NCBI GenBank assembly: GCA_048937405.1
Contig: JBHLNF010000002.1
Coordinates: forward strand, 192,001-256,000
Length of the DNA: 64,000 nt
Direction: 5' to 3'
DNA from: Promethearchaeota archaeon
Lineage (GTDB): Archaea > Asgardarchaeota > Lokiarchaeia > Sigyniarchaeales > SOKP01
Below are positions 40,036 through 49,983 of this stretch, piece by piece. The notes under the pieces are model-generated. The model worked only from the letters and a program-made list of their open reading frames with translations, had not been told where the DNA came from and ran no database searches. The position numbers and the translations under genes were made by a program. Each line of letters starts with the position of its first letter. Position 1 is the first letter of the stretch.

Positions 40036-40753
40036 GCTTGCCTTAATTCAGAAGGCTTGTTTACCAGGAGTTTTGGAAAGACAATTTTTTGAGGGATTAA
40101 CTACTTTATGAGGAGGGGATTATTTTTCTCGGGTCGGTAACGTTTATATTGGAAGGCAGAGTTTAGTTAATAAAGAAAATGTTCAAAATCTGGTGGATAC
40201 TTATACAAAACTCAATGTTGACGAAATTATTTTTTATCATGAAGAATGCTATGTGGTGTTAACTTATTTCGCAAAAGAATTTAATATTGATGTACATTTT
40301 AGACCAATTCATATTTATGAATATTTAAGAGATTATGTGAAAGAGCATACAGATCAAGTTAAAAAACTTAATATGAAAGTTGCTTATAATCCTCCATGTT
40401 CCTCTAGATATGTTAATGGAATGGATGAAGTTTTGGATGAGCTTTTTGAATTAATAGGAGTTGAGAGAGTGAAGCGAAAATATGACAGAGAAGGAGCTTT
40501 ATGTTGTGGATCCGTTCAGTCATCAATGGATACTGTTTCTAAAGAAGAAGAGCATGAATGGAGAATGAAAAATATTATGGACGCAAAGGAGGCAGGAGCT
40601 GAAGCTTTTGTTCTATTATGTCCTGTATGTATTCCTGGTCTTAGAGGCAGAGCAAAAGCACAGGGAATGGAACCCTATATTCTAAGTAACCTCGTGCGTT
40701 TGGCTTTAGGTGAGGAACTCACCCATGGAGGAGCAGCAAAGAAATTTGATTAA
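40036..40753 (+). pseudogene. 5'-truncated duplicate of the CCG Fe-S gene at 35811-36854
   Basis: Colinear with 36137-36854 (offset 3899, no indels); TCA>TGA stop at 40109-40111; ferredoxin domain missing. Confidence 0.88.
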
Positions 40754-40846
40754 AACAATTTGAAAAAGAAATTTTGCTAAAATAAATGCAAATTTTATGA
40801 AGACAAAAAATAATTATAAAATTCTTATTTTTTTATTATTTTACTT

Positions 40847-42274
40847 TTATGTAGTTATTTTCCATCTGGGTCCTTCTGCTCCATCTTCAATTTGAATTCC
40901 GACTTCTTTTAATTTTTGTCTAATTTTATCACTTAATTCATAATTTTTTTCTTTTCTTGATTGTTCTCGAATATTAATTATTATCTCCATTAATTCATTT
41001 AGTTTTTGATCATCAAAACCTTTCTTTTTTGTGAAATCAAGTCCTAGAACTCCAAGTAATTCAATAAGAGTATCTCTTGCTTTTTTAAGTAATTCTTTTT
41101 TATTATCCAGTGATGAATTAACTTGTTTTATAAATTCATAAATTGCGGCAAAAGCTTTTGGAGTATTAAAATCATCATCCATAGCTTCCTCAAAACTACT
41201 TCTTACATCTTTTATTGCTGATTTAAGTGTATCATTATTTCCACCAGTGGAATGTTCAATGTTATTCAAACAATTTCTAATTTTTTCAATGTTACTTTTG
41301 GCATTCTCTATTACTTTTGGATTCCAATCCACAGCAGATCGATAATGACTCGAAACTAGGCCCATTTTTACCACAAGTCCTCCGTGTTCATTAATTAATT
41401 CACGGGCAGTGACATAGTTTCCAAGACTTTTACTCATTTTCTGCCCATTTACAGTTATAAATTCTGCATGCATCCACCAATTAACAAACTTTTTACCTGT
41501 TGCAGCCTCAGATTGAGCAATTTCATTTGGATGATGAGTAGGAATATGATCAATTCCTCCTCCGTGAATATCTAATGTTTCTCCTAAATATTTCATTCCC
41601 ATTACCGAACATTCAAGATGCCATCCAGGATAACCTTGACCCCATGGAGAATTCCATCTCATAATGTGGATTTGATCTCCTTTTCGTGCATTTAACCATA
41701 ACGCAAAGTCATAATAATTCCTTTTTAGTGGATCTTGAGCCACACGTGCCTGTGCTTTTTCCTCATCAAATTTTAATTTGGCAAGTTTTCCATAGTCCTT
41801 AAATTTAAAAGTATCATAATATACGTTTCCTTCAACTTCATAAGCATAACCTTTTTTTAGTAAAATCTTTATGATTTCGATCATTTCGGGAATAAGTGCT
41901 GTTGCTCTAGGGGATATATTTGGTCTTTGAATATTTAGATCGTCAATATCTCTCCAATATTTTTCGATTTGTTTATCGACCAATTCCCATGGATTTATCT
42001 TTTCCTCTCTTGCTCTTTTCTCTATCTTATCTTCCCCTAGATCTGCATCATCGGTTAAATGACCTACATCTGTGAAGTTTTGAACATGACACACATCATA
42101 GCCCTTATATCGAAGGTATCTCACTACCACATCCCAAGAACTATACGTACTTGCATTACCTATATGTAGATCATCATATACTGTCTGCCCACAAGTATAT
42201 ATTTTTACGCGACCTTCCTCTATCGGTTTAAATACTTCCTTTTGCCGACTCATTGTGTTATAGATTTTAAGCAT
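40847..42274 (-). CDS. cysS: Cysteine--tRNA ligase
   Basis: CGQTVYD..HIGN, PGWHLEC, DIHGGG.D...HH.NE, KMSKS. Confidence 0.96.
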   Translation of the reverse strand: MLKIYNTMSRQKEVFKPIEEGRVKIYTCGQTVYDDLHIGNASTYSSWDVVVRYLRYKGYDVCHVQNFTDVGHLTDDADLGEDKIEKRAREEKINPWELVDKQIEKYWRDIDDLNIQRPNISPRATALIPEMIEIIKILLKKGYAYEVEGNVYYDTFKFKDYGKLAKLKFDEEKAQARVAQDPLKRNYYDFALWLNARKGDQIHIMRWNSPWGQGYPGWHLECSVMGMKYLGETLDIHGGGIDHIPTHHPNEIAQSEAATGKKFVNWWMHAEFITVNGQKMSKSLGNYVTARELINEHGGLVVKMGLVSSHYRSAVDWNPKVIENAKSNIEKIRNCLNNIEHSTGGNNDTLKSAIKDVRSSFEEAMDDDFNTPKAFAAIYEFIKQVNSSLDNKKELLKKARDTLIELLGVLGLDFTKKKGFDDQKLNELMEIIINIREQSRKEKNYELSDKIRQKLKEVGIQIEDGAEGPRWKITT

Positions 42275-42350
42275 AAAATAATAAAGAAGAGAAAAAAATA
42301 AGAATTTTACGGAAGTTTTTAAGATCTATTATCTTCTGCTAAAGTTTAAA

Positions 42351-45206
42351 CTAATTCTTCACTTCTATATGTGCCTTCACTATTTTATTTTCAATTTTCA
42401 GTTCCTTTACATCTTGTTCAGCTTCTAAATTGTAAATGATACTATCAGCTTGTATCATCTTCTTAATTTTTTCTTTATGTTGTTCCAAAGCTTCTGAAAT
42501 TTCTTTATCAGATATTTCTAAATATAAATCAATTCGATTTCTGGTTGAGAGTTTCAATTTTTTTCTATAATTATTAAAATTTCTAATAAGATTTCTAGCA
42601 ATTCCTTCTAACCTTAGTGATGGTGTAATTTTGGTATCTAGTTCTACTATTAATTCCGAGTCTACTGGCATTTCAAGAGTCACCTTTCTCACATTTATAG
42701 ATTCTGCTATTATACCTAAATATTCTTCTTCAAGATCTACTCCTTTTAAAATAACCTCATTTAAAGCTTGTCTAACTGGAATTTTAGCATTATCTCTTAA
42801 TTCTAAGGACTTTTTGACTATTTCCCGTGCTAATTCCATATCTTTTAGAACTTTTTTATCAATTAATTTACTATCAAATTCAGGCCAAAACTCTAAATGG
42901 ACAGATTCTAAATTTACAATTCCTATTTCTCTTAATTTTTGATATATTAATTCCGAAATGAATGGAGTTAAAGGAGCTATTATCTTTGATAAATTTTTTA
43001 GAATGTACGACAATGTATTCATTGCTGATCTTTTTTCATTTATATTTTCACTCTTAAATCGATTTCTACTGTTCTTAATGTACCATGTAGACAGGTCTTC
43101 TATGAATCTGAAAAATAACCTACTGACTTCAGCTGTATCATAATCATCCAATAGCAGTGTTGTATCCCTTAAAAGACTATTCAGTAAACTTATAATCCAG
43201 CGATCTAAAATATTGTCTGAAGTTGTATTTTTCATAGGTATATTTTGCATGTTAACTAAAGAATAGAATTTTAGAACATTTATCAACAATAAGTTGAATC
43301 TACGGTAGACTTGCTTTACTATCTCTTCTTTAAAATATAAATCTTGCGCCCTCATTAACTGAGATGACAATAGATATATTCTTAACGCATCAGCTCCATA
43401 TTTTTCAATTATCTGGTTTGGATCTGGGAAATTTCTTCTAGATTTTGACATCTTTGATCCATCTTCAGCAAGTATATTGCCATTTATCACAACATTTTTA
43501 AACGGAATCTCATCAAATAATAACACAGCTACCACATGCATATAGTAAAACCATGCTCTAACCTGCCCGATATACTCAGAAACAAAATCGCATGGAAAAT
43601 TATGCTTAAACCATTCCATATTCTCAAAGGGATAATGTTTAGCTGCATATGGCATTGATCCTGATTCCAACCAACAATCGAATACCTCAGGTATACGAGT
43701 CATTTTTTTACCGCAATTTGAACATTGAAGATGAATTTTATCAACTATATGTCTATGTAGATCCAAATCATCAGGAACTTCTTCTATAGCATTCTCCTGC
43801 AATTCTTTAACTGAACCAATGACTTTAATTAGCTTGCACTCTTCACATTCCCAAATGGGCATAGCAGTAGCCCAAAATCGGTTTCTTGAAATACACCAGT
43901 CAGGAGCACTCTTCATAATATTTTGATATCGTCTTGAAATTTCTTTAGGATACCAGTTGATTTTTTCATTAGTTTCCAAAAGTCTTGGTTTTATTTTTTG
44001 AATATCAATAAACCACGCATCAAGAGCGTTATATATTAAGGGTGTATCGCATCTATAACAAAATGGATAGGAATGAGTGTAATCTTCTACATTAAATAAA
44101 AGATTCCGTGTTTCTAAATCCTCCAAAACCTCATTGTCTATTTCTTTAAACCACAAGCCCCTCCATTCTTTCGGACCATCAACAAGATCACCATGTTCAT
44201 CAAGATGTTGAATTATCGGCAAATCATACTTTTTAATCATTTCATAATCAAATTCTCCATATATCGCTAAATGAATAATCCCTGTTCCTTCATCAGATAA
44301 TACATCATCACCGCCATCGAGAATGAAATACCCTTTTTTGTTAGTATTGGTAGAAATGTGATATAAAGGTTCATATTCTTTATTTAATAGAGATTTTCCT
44401 TTAAATTCATCAATGATTCTATAATCTTTTTTGATTAGATCTAATTGATTCTTTATTAGTATCAAAAATTCTTCATTAAGCTTAATTTTTACATAATCCA
44501 GTTCACTATTTACAGCTAAAGCAACATTTCCTATTAAGGTCCAAGGTGTTGTTGTCCATGCTAGCAAAAAAGTGTTTGGTTCACCTTTTAATTTGAATTT
44601 GGCAGTTATAGCTTGTTCAGTAACCTCCTTATAACTATTATCCATTGAAATCTCAGAATTAGAAAGTGGAGTTTCACATCGAGGACAATAGAATAAAACT
44701 TTTTTTCCACGCATTACAAACCCTTCATCGTAGATTTTTTTAAAAATATACCACACAGTTTCCATATAGGAATTATCCATAGTTTTATAAGAATTATCAA
44801 ACTCTATCCATTTTCCCATTCGATCAACTGTTTTTTTCCATTCATTTGTATACCAAAGCACTTTTGATCGACAAAATTCATTGAAATATGATATGCCCAT
44901 TTCGTAGATTTCATTCTTCTGCTTTAAATTGAGTTCTCTTTCACAAATACTTTCTATTGGCAAACCATGGCAATCCCAACCCCACCTTCTTTCACAGAGG
45001 TAACCTTTCATTGTCCAATATCGTGGAAATACATCTTTTGTAACAAAACTCAATATGTGTCCATAATGAGGTAAGCCAGTAGCAAATGGAGGTCCATCAT
45101 AAAAAATATATGGATTATCTTTTGGTCTATGCTCTACACTTTTCTTAAATATTTCATTTTCTTTCCAAAATCGTAGAAGTTCTACTTCTTTTTCATTATA
45201 AATAAT
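42351..45206 (-). CDS. ileS: Isoleucine--tRNA ligase (frame extends about 50 codons upstream of the ORF-track start)
   Basis: In-frame upstream of 45053: YNEKEVELLRFWKENEIF...FYDGPPFATGLPHYGHIL (HIGH motif); also GWDCHGLP, WTTTPWTL, WCISR, KMSKS. Only ATT codons (45206, 45203) lie between the in-frame TAA (45210-45212) and the HIGH motif. Confidence 0.93.
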   Translation of the reverse strand: MIYNEKEVELLRFWKENEIFKKSVEHRPKDNPYIFYDGPPFATGLPHYGHILSFVTKDVFPRYWTMKGYLCERRWGWDCHGLPIESICERELNLKQKNEIYEMGISYFNEFCRSKVLWYTNEWKKTVDRMGKWIEFDNSYKTMDNSYMETVWYIFKKIYDEGFVMRGKKVLFYCPRCETPLSNSEISMDNSYKEVTEQAITAKFKLKGEPNTFLLAWTTTPWTLIGNVALAVNSELDYVKIKLNEEFLILIKNQLDLIKKDYRIIDEFKGKSLLNKEYEPLYHISTNTNKKGYFILDGGDDVLSDEGTGIIHLAIYGEFDYEMIKKYDLPIIQHLDEHGDLVDGPKEWRGLWFKEIDNEVLEDLETRNLLFNVEDYTHSYPFCYRCDTPLIYNALDAWFIDIQKIKPRLLETNEKINWYPKEISRRYQNIMKSAPDWCISRNRFWATAMPIWECEECKLIKVIGSVKELQENAIEEVPDDLDLHRHIVDKIHLQCSNCGKKMTRIPEVFDCWLESGSMPYAAKHYPFENMEWFKHNFPCDFVSEYIGQVRAWFYYMHVVAVLLFDEIPFKNVVINGNILAEDGSKMSKSRRNFPDPNQIIEKYGADALRIYLLSSQLMRAQDLYFKEEIVKQVYRRFNLLLINVLKFYSLVNMQNIPMKNTTSDNILDRWIISLLNSLLRDTTLLLDDYDTAEVSRLFFRFIEDLSTWYIKNSRNRFKSENINEKRSAMNTLSYILKNLSKIIAPLTPFISELIYQKLREIGIVNLESVHLEFWPEFDSKLIDKKVLKDMELAREIVKKSLELRDNAKIPVRQALNEVILKGVDLEEEYLGIIAESINVRKVTLEMPVDSELIVELDTKITPSLRLEGIARNLIRNFNNYRKKLKLSTRNRIDLYLEISDKEISEALEQHKEKIKKMIQADSIIYNLEAEQDVKELKIENKIVKAHIEVKN

Positions 45207-45380
45207 TTTTTACACCTTCCTTATGAATTTTTTTTATAAGTATCAATTTACATGACTTAAAATTATCAAAAAAACATCTAATTTACAAATATTAGAGAAT
45301 CTCATCATTCACATATGATTTATTAGTGAAGCAGGATGTGGAATAAAAATTAGGAAAATTCACTTCACAAATAAATGAAA

Positions 45381-45455
45381 TTAGATAATAATAATCGTGG
45401 ATATGATCATAATCATATTTCTAATGAAACCTAAGAATTTAGTAACTATATTCAT
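45381..45455 (-). promoter_or_regulatory. Candidate Ile-rich leader peptide (uORF) of ileS
   Basis: ATG at 45455: MNIVTKFLGFIRNMIMIISTIIII*; 9 of 24 residues Ile, ending ATT ATT ATT ATC TAA; followed by a 15-bp imperfect hairpin. Confidence 0.6.
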
Positions 45456-45536
45456 AACATCCACATCCACTTTATATTATAAATAAGGTGAAATGCTCTA
45501 AAAAATATTTCGGTATTTTATCAGTTTATTTCATCA

Positions 45537-47525
45537 TTAATCCAAAAATATATAATTATGAGCTATTTTTCTTTTGTCTCTACCTGCTAGAATATGAATT
45601 TGTTTTATTGTTTTCAGTGATTCCTTACTAAAATTATCAATTTGAATATATATTAATTCGCGGTTTTTTATTCCCGCAAGTGAAAAAAAATACTTGCGTG
45701 GAGGATTTGGAGCTATATATGCAATATACCGTTCTTTTGAATAAATAATAGCAGCCTTTAGAAGACGTTCCGCTTTATTTTTAGTATCTCTATATTCATA
45801 GTCCATAAACGAATCGAAAATAGAATGCATAAATATTGCAGGAAAAATAGAAAGTAATCCTCCAACTTCTACGTGAGTGATACCAGGTCCAATTACATAA
45901 TCACCAGGATTCGTTGAATAGAAAGCCATATCACTTTCTCTATCATGTTCTGCCCACCACGTTAATTTATAAGGATATTTTTCAACTTCTCCATCATCAT
46001 TATCAAATATTACTACAATAGTATCAATTTTGCCTTGAATTTGTTGGATATTTTGAACATAAATTTTTTTCTTAAATGCCCAATTTCGAATAGTTTCTTT
46101 AATAGCAATCCCATCCATTAAACTAGATTTGAATTCTTCAATCTTAATTCTCTGATTTTTCAAATTTTTTATACTCTTCTTTCTAATAAACGCAAAGTAA
46201 TCTTCCTCTATAATATCTTCAGGAGGCCAAGAAACTGTGTAGTCTTTTCCCTTTTCCCATTTATCTCTCCATTCTCCTAAGTATTTTTCTTCAGGTCTTT
46301 CTTTTAATGGTACTTCTTTTTCTTTACCATAGGTATAAGGATGATGTCTACGTAATCTTATGTAACGGCCGCTTGGATCATAACCCCCTTCTAAACCCAT
46401 TTTCAATGTTTCATAATTATCACTCTCATCATTATAAGGATATTTAGTAGCTTTTTCCATGACTTTCCACGCATAATCATCATCTACAATATTTTTTGAA
46501 CTGGTTAATAAGTGATATAAATTCGGTAATAATCTTTGATCTGCTAATGAGAGATTCCTTGAATACTGAAATAATGTTTTTAATTTATGAAGGTCTACAA
46601 ATTCCTTGAATTCCTCTTCATATTCGTACTTTGCTTTGATTAAAATAGTCCTAATCTGTTCAATTTTATCATAAGAATTTAAAACACTATAAAGCTCATC
46701 AGGAGTCTCTATGCGTTCCAATGTTTCTTTTGAAAACTCACCTCTAAATTTTAACCATTTATATATATGATATGGCAACTCTCTTAAAATGAATCTGGCA
46801 TCAGAACCTTTTATATTGTAAATTTTTACATACTTATGAGGAACTAACTCCAAATCTACATCTTTGATTTTTTCTGGATTTTCTATATAATATTTAATAT
46901 TTTCCCAATGAGCCATACCGATAATAAGTAAAACCCTATGATATATTGACATTAATTTTAAAAGGTGGGCAGCCATATACTTCTCTCTAAGAATATCTTT
47001 TTCAATGAAATTATATTTTTGATCCACATTTTCTTGATTTTCAAGAAAATCCTCTAAATTTACTTGATCTATTAGCATATCTTTTTCAGTTTTAAACTCG
47101 TTTTGAAAGTATTTCGCTATTTGTTCATAGAATGTAGGAAGTCCAATCTGATTAATAGCATAATCATCTGGTAATTTAATGCTGGGAGGTAAATATTCTG
47201 AAACTGAAAGATCAATGAATTCAATTGGAATATTATGCTCAAGCCCAATTCGGATACTTTCCATAATGGAATCTCCAGGATCTACAGGAATATAATTCAA
47301 TCTTTTTGGATTCAATGTATCCGCATATCCAATTAAGGATAAAAAAGGCAATCGTTCAATCGCTTCTATTACTTCGTCTTGAACGTTATTCGGTAATTCT
47401 ACAGCAATAACGTCAGGAAAAACTTTAAATAATCCTGTACGGACCAATTTCGCAAATTCTATACGAGAATGAAAGGTTGGGATAACATAAATATTCTTAA
47501 ATTTAATATAAGGATGTTCTATCAT
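45537..47525 (-). CDS. Conserved hypothetical protein (N-terminus resembles TraB/ChaN-like folds)
   Basis: PTFH...IAVELP, REKYMA, IIGMAHW. Confidence 0.6.
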   Translation of the reverse strand: MIEHPYIKFKNIYVIPTFHSRIEFAKLVRTGLFKVFPDVIAVELPNNVQDEVIEAIERLPFLSLIGYADTLNPKRLNYIPVDPGDSIMESIRIGLEHNIPIEFIDLSVSEYLPPSIKLPDDYAINQIGLPTFYEQIAKYFQNEFKTEKDMLIDQVNLEDFLENQENVDQKYNFIEKDILREKYMAAHLLKLMSIYHRVLLIIGMAHWENIKYYIENPEKIKDVDLELVPHKYVKIYNIKGSDARFILRELPYHIYKWLKFRGEFSKETLERIETPDELYSVLNSYDKIEQIRTILIKAKYEYEEEFKEFVDLHKLKTLFQYSRNLSLADQRLLPNLYHLLTSSKNIVDDDYAWKVMEKATKYPYNDESDNYETLKMGLEGGYDPSGRYIRLRRHHPYTYGKEKEVPLKERPEEKYLGEWRDKWEKGKDYTVSWPPEDIIEEDYFAFIRKKSIKNLKNQRIKIEEFKSSLMDGIAIKETIRNWAFKKKIYVQNIQQIQGKIDTIVVIFDNDDGEVEKYPYKLTWWAEHDRESDMAFYSTNPGDYVIGPGITHVEVGGLLSIFPAIFMHSIFDSFMDYEYRDTKNKAERLLKAAIIYSKERYIAYIAPNPPRKYFFSLAGIKNRELIYIQIDNFSKESLKTIKQIHILAGRDKRKIAHNYIFLD

Positions 47526-47688
47526 CTGATTCTTTTCTTATTTTATTTAATCTGAAGAAATATTAAAACAACTGAAAAATTCACAAGTTTCTGAATTAAA
47601 ATAAGTAATTTTTTTTATAAAAATCTGTTTTTGCTTTTTATTATAAGTATAAATATATGTATAAAAAAGGAAAATAGAATAACATTAT

Positions 47689-49983
47689 TCACCATTTTTT
47701 GCCCTTTCCTTCCTTTTCCCAGTCTTCAAACGATTTTATTAATTTGTCAATTTCTTCAATATTTACTTGTTTTTGGAACACAACTTCTTTAGTGCTTTTG
47801 ATGTATTCTGCGGAGATTTCTCTGTTTTTAATCATATCTAGTATTGCTGAGAGGATATATGCTTCTCTCATCCCAGATTTTTCAACAATATCACTTACTT
47901 CTAATCTCTCGGAGTTTTGACTTAAATTAAAAATAAAATCTTTTGTTTTGATTATTCTTGTCGTAATGACATAATCCTTTAAAATTGATAGATTTTTATC
48001 CTTAAGTGTCTTATCCCTTATTTTATCAACATCAGAGAAGGTATCATTAAATAAACTTATGGATTCCTCAAATTTTTTCATTTCTCTTAATTTGAGAGCT
48101 TCTTCAATCTTTTTTTCGATTGTTTCGATATAAATAGAATCTAGGAGATTGAGTATATTCCTTGTAAGTTGTTCATTAATTGATTTATCGGTTATTTTAT
48201 CTACTAATTTTCCAGCAAGACTTAGATTCTCTAATGCTCCTATGAATTCTCCTTCCCTTTTTAATCTCTCTGCTTTTTCTACCAGTTCAGTTATTTGTAG
48301 TTTCATAATTCCACTTCGCATTGAATTTGTCATGTACTTTCTTGTCTTTTCCGTTTTTAAAAGATTTTTTTGATAAGAGTTTATAGATTCTTTTATAATA
48401 GGTTGGATATTCAAAAGATCTCCTTTTTCCGTCATTATTTTAATTTTTTGAGCATTTTTTTTTTTAATTTTCTTTTTAATTTCTCTATAACCTAATACTA
48501 GACCAGTAATAGAAACTGAAACAATTACAATAATAAGTACCCCTCTTAAAAGCCAATTATCAAAAAAGTTCAGTGGGTCTGTTCCAGAATTTACTTCTTC
48601 TCCATCTGTAAAACGATCACCATCAGTATCCGCATCTTTAGGGTTTGTTCCTAATTCTATTTCCATTCCATCGCTTAAACCATCAAAATCGGTATCTGAA
48701 TTATTTGGATTAGTAGAATAGAGATTAATTTCATCTTTATCACTTAACCCATCATTATCAGTATCAACACCATATTTTAATATGAAGGTATCATAACCAC
48801 CCTCTCCATAACTATGAGTTTGACCGGTGATAAATACATTTCCTGAACCATCTACTGCTATTCCCCACCCCCAATCATAATCAGAGCCTCCCCATGTTTT
48901 TTTCCACAACAGATTTCCATTCGAGTCAAATTTTAATAAAAAAGCATCATCCAAACCATATTCATAACCACCAATTTCACCTGTGATAAATATATTTCCC
49001 AAGCCATCTATAGCTATTCCATACCCTTTATCACCATAAGAATCAATCCATGTGTTATTCCAAAATTGATTTCCGTTTGGGTCATAATTTAATAAAATTA
49101 CATCTCCATCACTTGATCCTGTGATAAATATATTTCCCGAGTCATCAACCGCAATTCCATATCCATAATCAGAAGAAGAGCCCCCCCATGTTTCCTTCCA
49201 TAATTGATTTCCGTTTGTGTCATATTTTAATAAGATTATATCTCCATCAGTACCTGCTCTAAAACTGAAAGTAATACCTGTAATAAATATATTTCCCGAG
49301 TCATCAACCGCAATTCCATATCCATAATCAGAAGAAGAACCCCCCCATGTTTCATTCCATAATTGATTTCCGTTTTTGTCATATTTTAATAAGATTATAT
49401 CTCTATCAGTACCTGCTCCATAATTATAGGCATAACCTGTTATAAATACATTTCCTGAACTATCAACCGTAATTCCATTTCCATAATAGTTATCAGAGCC
49501 TCCCCATGTTTTATCCCAGAGTAGATTTCCTGATGAGTCATACTTTAATAAGATTAAATCTCCATTACTTGATCCTGTGATAAGCACATTTCCATTGCTA
49601 TCCAAAGCTATTCCCCTTCCCCCATCATATCCAGGATTCCCCCATGTCTTATACCAAAGTAAATTTCCCTTAGGGTCAAATTTTAATAAAAATACATCCC
49701 AGTCTCCTGCTCCGAAACTAGATGTTCGACCTGTGATAAATATATTTCCCAAGCCATCAACCGCAATTCCATATCCCTCATCATAATTAAAACCTCCCCA
49801 TATGGTATTCCACTCATATCTATTTGTATCACTAATAGATGGTAATTTTATTGTCCTTCTATTAATTTTATCATCCTGATTATCATAATTGAGTTTATAA
49901 TTTTGTTGTAACAAAAAACTAAAACATAAAATTGAAAGAAATAATGCAATCCCAATTTTCTTAGTATTAATCTTTTTATTCAT
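47689..49983 (-). CDS. Single-pass membrane protein: beta-propeller (SBBP-like) repeats + TSP3-like Ca-binding repeats + TM + helical/PCI-like tail
   Basis: WGG..D.GYGIAVD.SGNIFITG repeats; DTDNDGLSD repeats; C-terminal ILDMIKNREISAEY...VVF. Confidence 0.85.
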   Translation of the reverse strand: MNKKINTKKIGIALFLSILCFSFLLQQNYKLNYDNQDDKINRRTIKLPSISDTNRYEWNTIWGGFNYDEGYGIAVDGLGNIFITGRTSSFGAGDWDVFLLKFDPKGNLLWYKTWGNPGYDGGRGIALDSNGNVLITGSSNGDLILLKYDSSGNLLWDKTWGGSDNYYGNGITVDSSGNVFITGYAYNYGAGTDRDIILLKYDKNGNQLWNETWGGSSSDYGYGIAVDDSGNIFITGITFSFRAGTDGDIILLKYDTNGNQLWKETWGGSSSDYGYGIAVDDSGNIFITGSSDGDVILLNYDPNGNQFWNNTWIDSYGDKGYGIAIDGLGNIFITGEIGGYEYGLDDAFLLKFDSNGNLLWKKTWGGSDYDWGWGIAVDGSGNVFITGQTHSYGEGGYDTFILKYGVDTDNDGLSDKDEINLYSTNPNNSDTDFDGLSDGMEIELGTNPKDADTDGDRFTDGEEVNSGTDPLNFFDNWLLRGVLIIVIVSVSITGLVLGYREIKKKIKKKNAQKIKIMTEKGDLLNIQPIIKESINSYQKNLLKTEKTRKYMTNSMRSGIMKLQITELVEKAERLKREGEFIGALENLSLAGKLVDKITDKSINEQLTRNILNLLDSIYIETIEKKIEEALKLREMKKFEESISLFNDTFSDVDKIRDKTLKDKNLSILKDYVITTRIIKTKDFIFNLSQNSERLEVSDIVEKSGMREAYILSAILDMIKNREISAEYIKSTKEVVFQKQVNIEEIDKLIKSFEDWEKEGKGKKW

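Noticed and set aside
40109-40111. In-frame TGA as selenocysteine
   Set aside because: Corresponds to Ser (TCA) in the intact paralogue and lies in a 5'-truncated copy
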